From a virus, in IMG/VR virus record IMGVR_UViG_3300032288_004702, positions 32,001 to 96,000 of that record: DNA of 64,000 bases, one strand, 5' to 3'. Under the pieces are notes generated by a model. It searched no databases, was not told the DNA's origin, and was given only the letters and a program-made list of their open reading frames with translations. Positions 60,302 to 64,000 of this stretch are shown here, one piece after another (position 1 is the stretch's first letter; each line of letters starts with the position of its first letter). A program made the position numbers and the translations under genes.

Positions 60302-60471
60302 CCAAGACCTCCTTTGTTGGCTGGTTGCCTCAGATAGTGCCGGGAATTTCCTCTAGCGCATACTCCACCTACCACAAAAGACACAAAAACTACTAGACAC
60401 GCACGACACCACACTTATGGTGTAGAAATATAAAAGGAGAGAAAAAAGGGGAGATTTCTCAGGAGACTCAC

Positions 60472-60822
60472 TTGTCAGACGCCGGCAAAAAGCCCACACA
60501 AAAATCACCCAATAAAAATGGGCAACCAGATACAGGACTAGATATACCTCGTAAGTCTTGGTTTGACCTTGCTAGTTGCAAAGGGAAAACCGAACTTATG
60601 TTTCCCAAACAACATAAGGACATTACATACATTGCGCAGGCGCGAGCCATCTGCAAATCATGCCCAGTGAAGAAGGAGTGTTTGGAGTACGCCCTAGAGT
60701 TCCCACCGGCAGATATGCATGGGGTATGGGCTGGTTTGACTAGTAGGCAGCTGGCGGCCGAACAGCGAAGACGCAAGATAAAGCCAACCCGACCAACCCT
60801 TGCACAGATGTGGGGGGACTAG
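60472..60822 (+). CDS. whiB: WhiB-family transcription factor
   Basis: W-x3-ASC, ARAICKSCPV-x2-ECL, GVWAG turn. Confidence 0.95.
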   Translation: MSDAGKKPTQKSPNKNGQPDTGLDIPRKSWFDLASCKGKTELMFPKQHKDITYIAQARAICKSCPVKKECLEYALEFPPADMHGVWAGLTSRQLAAEQRRRKIKPTRPTLAQMWGD

Positions 60823-60905
60823 TGATTGGGACCCTGGTTACATTCGCAGTGGTAATCGCCGGCATTATCTATATGGAGAGAGGGCTCTTCAAAGATAAAG
60901 ACTAG
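60822..60905 (+). CDS. 27-aa single-TM peptide
   Basis: GTG overlapping the whiB stop; MIGTLVTFAVVIAGIIYMERGLFKDKD. Confidence 0.45.
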   Translation: MIGTLVTFAVVIAGIIYMERGLFKDKD

Positions 60906-60980
60906 TGGAGCCCTCGGTCAGGATTGAACTGACGACCTACCGCTTACAAGGCGGTTGCTCTACCACTGAGCTACAAGGGC
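60906..60980 (-). tRNA. tRNA-Thr(UGU)
   Basis: GCCCTTGTAGCTCAGTGGTAGAGCAACCGCCTTGTAAGCGGTAGGTCGTCAGTTCAATCCTGACCGAGGGCTCCA: full cloverleaf, anticodon TGT, encoded CCA. Confidence 0.96.
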
Positions 60981-61165
60981 AAGTGTCAGGCAGAAGCCAA
61001 AGGTTCGAACAATGCACCCACCTGACAGGGGAATGGTAGCGCAGGAATAATCAAATCATCAACCGAATAAAGACGCAAAAAGGGCTGGAAAGTTACCGCC
61101 CGCGTCGGATTTTCAAATTTTTTAAAATTTTGTAATTGCTAATTACCGATTGTCAAGAGTTGCGG

Positions 61166-61510
61166 CTACTGAATTCTCAGATTGCAAGTCTCACAAAATT
61201 GCATGTCATTTAATTGGGTAATTTTTTTGTCGCACTCTTTTTTGCCGCACGGCTGCAGGATGTGCTCTCCCCGGATGTAGGCCAGCACGGTCTCTTCTAC
61301 TGTGGGGATAGAGAACTGTGCGGAGCCGGCGTTGGGTATCCCCTTGTCAGCCCGGATGAATTCCCAGACGGCGTACAAGATGACGTCATTTACTGCTAAA
61401 CCCTTTTTGCGGGCATAGTCGATTATCTCGTTTTTCTGTTTGCCCTTCATGCGGACATTCAAGACGACGTACTTATCTACAAAGCGCGTCTTTTCTGCGC
61501 GCCGGCCCAT
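61166..61510 (-). CDS. Ribbon-helix-helix protein with C-terminal Zn ribbon
   Basis: VVLNVRM-x4-KNEIIDYA-x3-GLAVND; C-x4-C...CETC. Confidence 0.75.
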   Translation of the reverse strand: MGRRAEKTRFVDKYVVLNVRMKGKQKNEIIDYARKKGLAVNDVILYAVWEFIRADKGIPNAGSAQFSIPTVEETVLAYIRGEHILQPCGKKECDKKITQLNDMQFCETCNLRIQ

Positions 61511-61674
61511 CAGCTGTCGCGTTCGACTAGGGCTTTGATGTAGTCAGTGAGGGTGAGGTCTACTGCCTCCGCCTGGGCAATGAGTTTTTCTTTGAACTCT
61601 TTACTTACTCGGAGAGTGAGGGTGACTACCGGTTTTGTTGGTTGTGTAACAGGGCGGCCGGGATTGCGCTTCAT
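61510..61674 (-). CDS. Arc-like ribbon-helix-helix protein (54 aa)
   Basis: Missed by ORF track: MKRNPGRPVTQPTKPVVTLTLRVSKEFKEKLIAQAEAVDLTLTDYIKALVERDS; TGATG coupling; -10 TAAATT 6 nt before ATG. Confidence 0.8.
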   Translation of the reverse strand: MKRNPGRPVTQPTKPVVTLTLRVSKEFKEKLIAQAEAVDLTLTDYIKALVERDS

Positions 61675-61683
61675 GCCCCGAAT

Positions 61684-61824
61684 TTACTGCAATACGAATA
61701 GCCTCATTGCAACAACGATGCAAAACACGCATACTAGCCTAAAGAACAAATCAAAAGGGGAGTACATTATTTTCCAAATCAAAGTTGTGGAACAAATGAG
61801 AGCAAGTATTTTGAGAAACAACAT
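61684..61824 (-). CDS. Small two-TM membrane protein
   Basis: 46-aa hydrophobic ORF from ATG 61824. Confidence 0.45.
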   Translation of the reverse strand: MLFLKILALICSTTLIWKIMYSPFDLFFRLVCVFCIVVAMRLFVLQ

Positions 61825-61846
61825 TTGGGCAACTCCAATTGGGTAA

Positions 61847-62341
61847 TTATTTTTGGGCAATCTTTTTTGACGGGGGGTCTGGTACAGCGTACTTATCTCC
61901 CTCGAGCTGGGAGACAATCTTTTCGTACATCGAGCAGAATGCTGCCCTGTCTGCATTGGTGTGGAGGTTATAGGCAGACTGGCCCATTGCCTGAACGGTT
62001 TTAGAGAGTGCCTCTGATACCTCTATGGACGGAGGCATACCAGAGTTGACCTCCTGGGATAGGGTAATCCATTTACCCCAAGCAATAAGGGGGTCATCGA
62101 ATGGGGGTATTTTTGTGGTGTTATCAATTGTGGCTTTTCTGAGCTCACCTGGTCGGGGCATAAAGTCTCGAGTTACTGCCATATTGCGGAAAGAGCGCTT
62201 GACATCTGCGAGCTCGAGGTCGTGCAGGAGCTCGTACCATGCATTGAGGAGAGCCTGAACCTCTTCGTCCTTTGTGGGCATCTCTAGGCGGTAGGTGGCA
62301 TAGGCCTGGTCTACTAGCTCTACCAGCTCTGACTTGTTCAT
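61847..62341 (-). CDS. Replicative helicase loader/inhibitor (G39P-like)
   Basis: AWYELLHDL-x3-DV...FMPRPGELR, AW motif; follows the initiator-like gene. Confidence 0.72.
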   Translation of the reverse strand: MNKSELVELVDQAYATYRLEMPTKDEEVQALLNAWYELLHDLELADVKRSFRNMAVTRDFMPRPGELRKATIDNTTKIPPFDDPLIAWGKWITLSQEVNSGMPPSIEVSEALSKTVQAMGQSAYNLHTNADRAAFCSMYEKIVSQLEGDKYAVPDPPSKKIAQK

Positions 62342-62712
62342 TCGTTTGCCCAGTTAGATTTAGCTGATTTATTGCCGGCGTCGTACAGCTCCTGGAACTT
62401 CTCTACATGAGCTGCATCTCGGAATATGACGGATATGTCATTGTAGGCAGTCTTCTGTTTGTTCTTCCCCATATGGAAGTCTGACAGTGCACAGCCGGCG
62501 ATGGCCTCTTTGCAGCCCTCGACGTTGTATACGGCGATTGCCCATCTGAGGTCTCTCTCGCGCTTGATGTCGAGCTGGGCGCGCTTCTTGCCCATTGTGT
62601 GCTTCCAGTATTCGAAGACTTCCAGCACCAGAGGGAAAGCTACTTTCTTTCCAATCTCTACTTTGTTCTTATTGTGGGCATTTGGCCCACGCCCCTTCTT
62701 TTCAGTACTCAT
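62338..62712 (-). CDS. Stand-alone replication initiator C-terminal-like domain
   Basis: VFEYWK...AIAGCALSDFHMGKN...YNDI-x2-IFRD-x3-VEKF; leaderless ATG 62712. Confidence 0.6.
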   Translation of the reverse strand: MSTEKKGRGPNAHNKNKVEIGKKVAFPLVLEVFEYWKHTMGKKRAQLDIKRERDLRWAIAVYNVEGCKEAIAGCALSDFHMGKNKQKTAYNDISVIFRDAAHVEKFQELYDAGNKSAKSNWANE

Positions 62713-62719
62713 CTTGTCC

Positions 62720-62749
62720 AATCTAGTTGAAGTCTTCCGCCACCGTCAA
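62720..62749 (-). promoter_or_regulatory. Promoter TTGACG-N18-TAGATT (leaderless)
   Basis: Near-consensus hexamers; ATG 7 nt downstream. Confidence 0.7.
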
Positions 62750-63029
62750 ACAAATTCGGGAAAATCTGATTTTGGACAGACTTCACCTTAAGTCCCTTTG
62801 TCACTTTGGTAGGAGATTTAACTCTCGTTATTTCCGTGAATGGAATCTATTGCCGCTTGGCCAGTAAAGATACTTTGGAGGGGGGTTCGGGGGGAACCTT
62901 TACAAATGTTTTGCAAAAGGGCAACCCGAAAAACACCTCCCCTCGAAGGTGTCGAAAAATTCTGTAGGCGTGACGCTGGCCGGCGTCTGGAAATTTCCAA
63001 TTTCGCTCTATCGAGCTAGATGGTCGATG

Positions 63030-63058
63030 ACGATAGCAGGCTCTTCCACCACCGTCAA
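63030..63058 (-). promoter_or_regulatory. Promoter TTGACG-N17-TATCGT
   Basis: Shares 16/17 nt (TTGACGGTGGYGGAAGA) with the promoter at 62733-62749. Confidence 0.62.
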
Positions 63059-63122
63059 CCACTACCCGGGGATTTTTTATTTTTCTCCACGGCCGCCGGG
63101 CCGGCGCGGAAAAATCTGACAA

Positions 63123-63158
63123 AACTTGCAAGCACGACTAATTACATCGTGGTAAGTT
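63123..63158 (+). promoter_or_regulatory. Putative late-type promoter AACTTGC-N23-TAAGTT
   Basis: Recurring motif and spacing; followed by a structured non-coding segment. Confidence 0.5.
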
Positions 63159-63161
63159 AGC

Positions 63162-63270
63162 GGGGCTTCTTACGGGTTCCCCCTTTCGCCCGGAAAGAAG
63201 TAGCCCCCGGGTTGAGTTCGTTGATGGGTTGGTAGGTGGCCGTCTTCGACTCCCCGGGGGCACCTTCGCT
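63162..63270 (+). ncRNA. Candidate two-hairpin small RNA
   Basis: Hairpin with TTCCCCTTTC loop, then a long stem 63203-63211/63253-63261. Confidence 0.4.
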
Positions 63271-63274
63271 TTAT

Positions 63275-63691
63275 CTACTCTCCACCCCAGTAGTCTTTGT
63301 TCTTTTTCTTGCTGCTGTGCCGCGGGAGGAATTTTGATGATGCTGCTTCCTGCTGCAGCTGCGCCTGCCGCTGAGCTGCACGTGGGTCTGAGAGTTTGGC
63401 AAGAATTTCCTTGGTCTCGCCATCGAGGCCGCCACCGACAGTCTTCGAGTAATTCGACGGGTGCTCCATCCGGTTGCGTGCTTTTTCTTTTATTTCCTCT
63501 TCGAGAAGAAATTGCTGCAGCTCTAGCTCGAGCAGGGTTTGTGCGTTTTTTTCGATATTCCGCGGATTCGTCAGTGTCCGGTATTTAAATCTATCCAGGT
63601 ACCTGCCGGCGACGCCGGCCATGGCAGCAATAAAAACGATAATTGTTGCAACTGCTGCCGCGGTGAGAATCATTGAGATAAATGTGTTCAT
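63275..63691 (-). CDS. Membrane-anchored hypothetical protein
   Basis: N-terminal TM helix plus coiled coil. Confidence 0.7.
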   Translation of the reverse strand: MNTFISMILTAAAVATIIVFIAAMAGVAGRYLDRFKYRTLTNPRNIEKNAQTLLELELQQFLLEEEIKEKARNRMEHPSNYSKTVGGGLDGETKEILAKLSDPRAAQRQAQLQQEAASSKFLPRHSSKKKNKDYWGGE

Positions 63692-63816
63692 GATTGTTTT
63701 TTCCTTTGTTCAAATTTATTGATTATTTCTTCCAGACGGCCGTCGTTTACTCGAGGGACCAGCCAGAAAAAGAACCAGAAGACCATGGCCATGTATGAGA
63801 AAAATGCAATTTTCAT
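63688..63816 (-). CDS. 42-aa membrane peptide
   Basis: ATGA-coupled at both ends; MKIAFFSYMAMVFWFFFWLVP... Confidence 0.55.
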   Translation of the reverse strand: MKIAFFSYMAMVFWFFFWLVPRVNDGRLEEIINKFEQRKKQS

Positions 63817-63962
63817 TCGCCGACCTCGTCGAGGTATGAGTCCCTAAGACCATCGCAATAATCCTGATATTGCGCTTTTATCTCGGCCTCACGTAGAAGA
63901 TGGTCATCCCGACGGCTTTCCTCAAAAGCCAGGAATTCTGCATTGATGTTTTCAGGGCCCAT
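63813..63962 (-). CDS. 49-aa acidic hypothetical protein
   Basis: MGPENINAEF...DEVGE, coupled to the downstream ORF. Confidence 0.55.
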   Translation of the reverse strand: MGPENINAEFLAFEESRRDDHLLREAEIKAQYQDYCDGLRDSYLDEVGE

Positions 63963-64000
63963 GGTTACCTGCCGGCGGCCAGAAGTTCTTCGTGTTTTTC

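Noticed and set aside
60906-60980. tRNA as a prophage attachment site
   Set aside because: No integrase, duplicated 3' end or host genes nearby; phage-type genes continue on both sides.
62847-63131. ORF as a frameshifted N-terminal half of the replication initiator
   Set aside because: No HTH-like sequence or RBS; it overlaps promoters, and the downstream gene has its own leaderless promoter.

Overview
This window is a 64 kb segment of a large, apparently lytic myovirus (contractile tail). The host is probably actinobacterial, given WhiB, an LPXTG protein, actinophage-type holins and leaderless promoters; a freshwater Acidimicrobiia-like host is a guess. From left to right it contains: a partial prohead protease and portal (minus strand), divergent from the large terminase; a recombination module (Rad52/Sak, PD-(D/E)xK, HNH, RuvC, UvsY-like); a ParB / PAPS-reductase / ParB locus; neck, sheath, tube, frameshifted chaperone, tape measure, baseplate and fibre genes. 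A 16 kb minus-strand operon follows, in which collagen- and glycine-rich fibre genes run into a tailoring-enzyme block (2OG-Fe(II) oxygenase, degenerate O-methyltransferase, flavin-dependent Trp halogenase, dUTPase-like protein, glycosyltransferase). After that come a second GT/PhyH/methyltransferase trio, a lysis region interleaved with two host-surface proteins (PA14-FN3 and LPXTG), regulators, tRNA-Thr(UGU) and replication-initiation genes. The best candidate for an undescribed system is a glycine-rich fibre carrying a ~165-aa domain with about 51 His and all of the protein's Trp, encoded directly upstream of the halogenase/oxygenase block. This suggests enzymatic tailoring and metal loading of virion appendages. 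A second notable signal is a promoter class A(G/C)TTG-N24-TAnnnT with a fixed 21-nt spacer, found six times, mostly before virion genes. All family assignments come from motif recognition by eye; no database searches were run.
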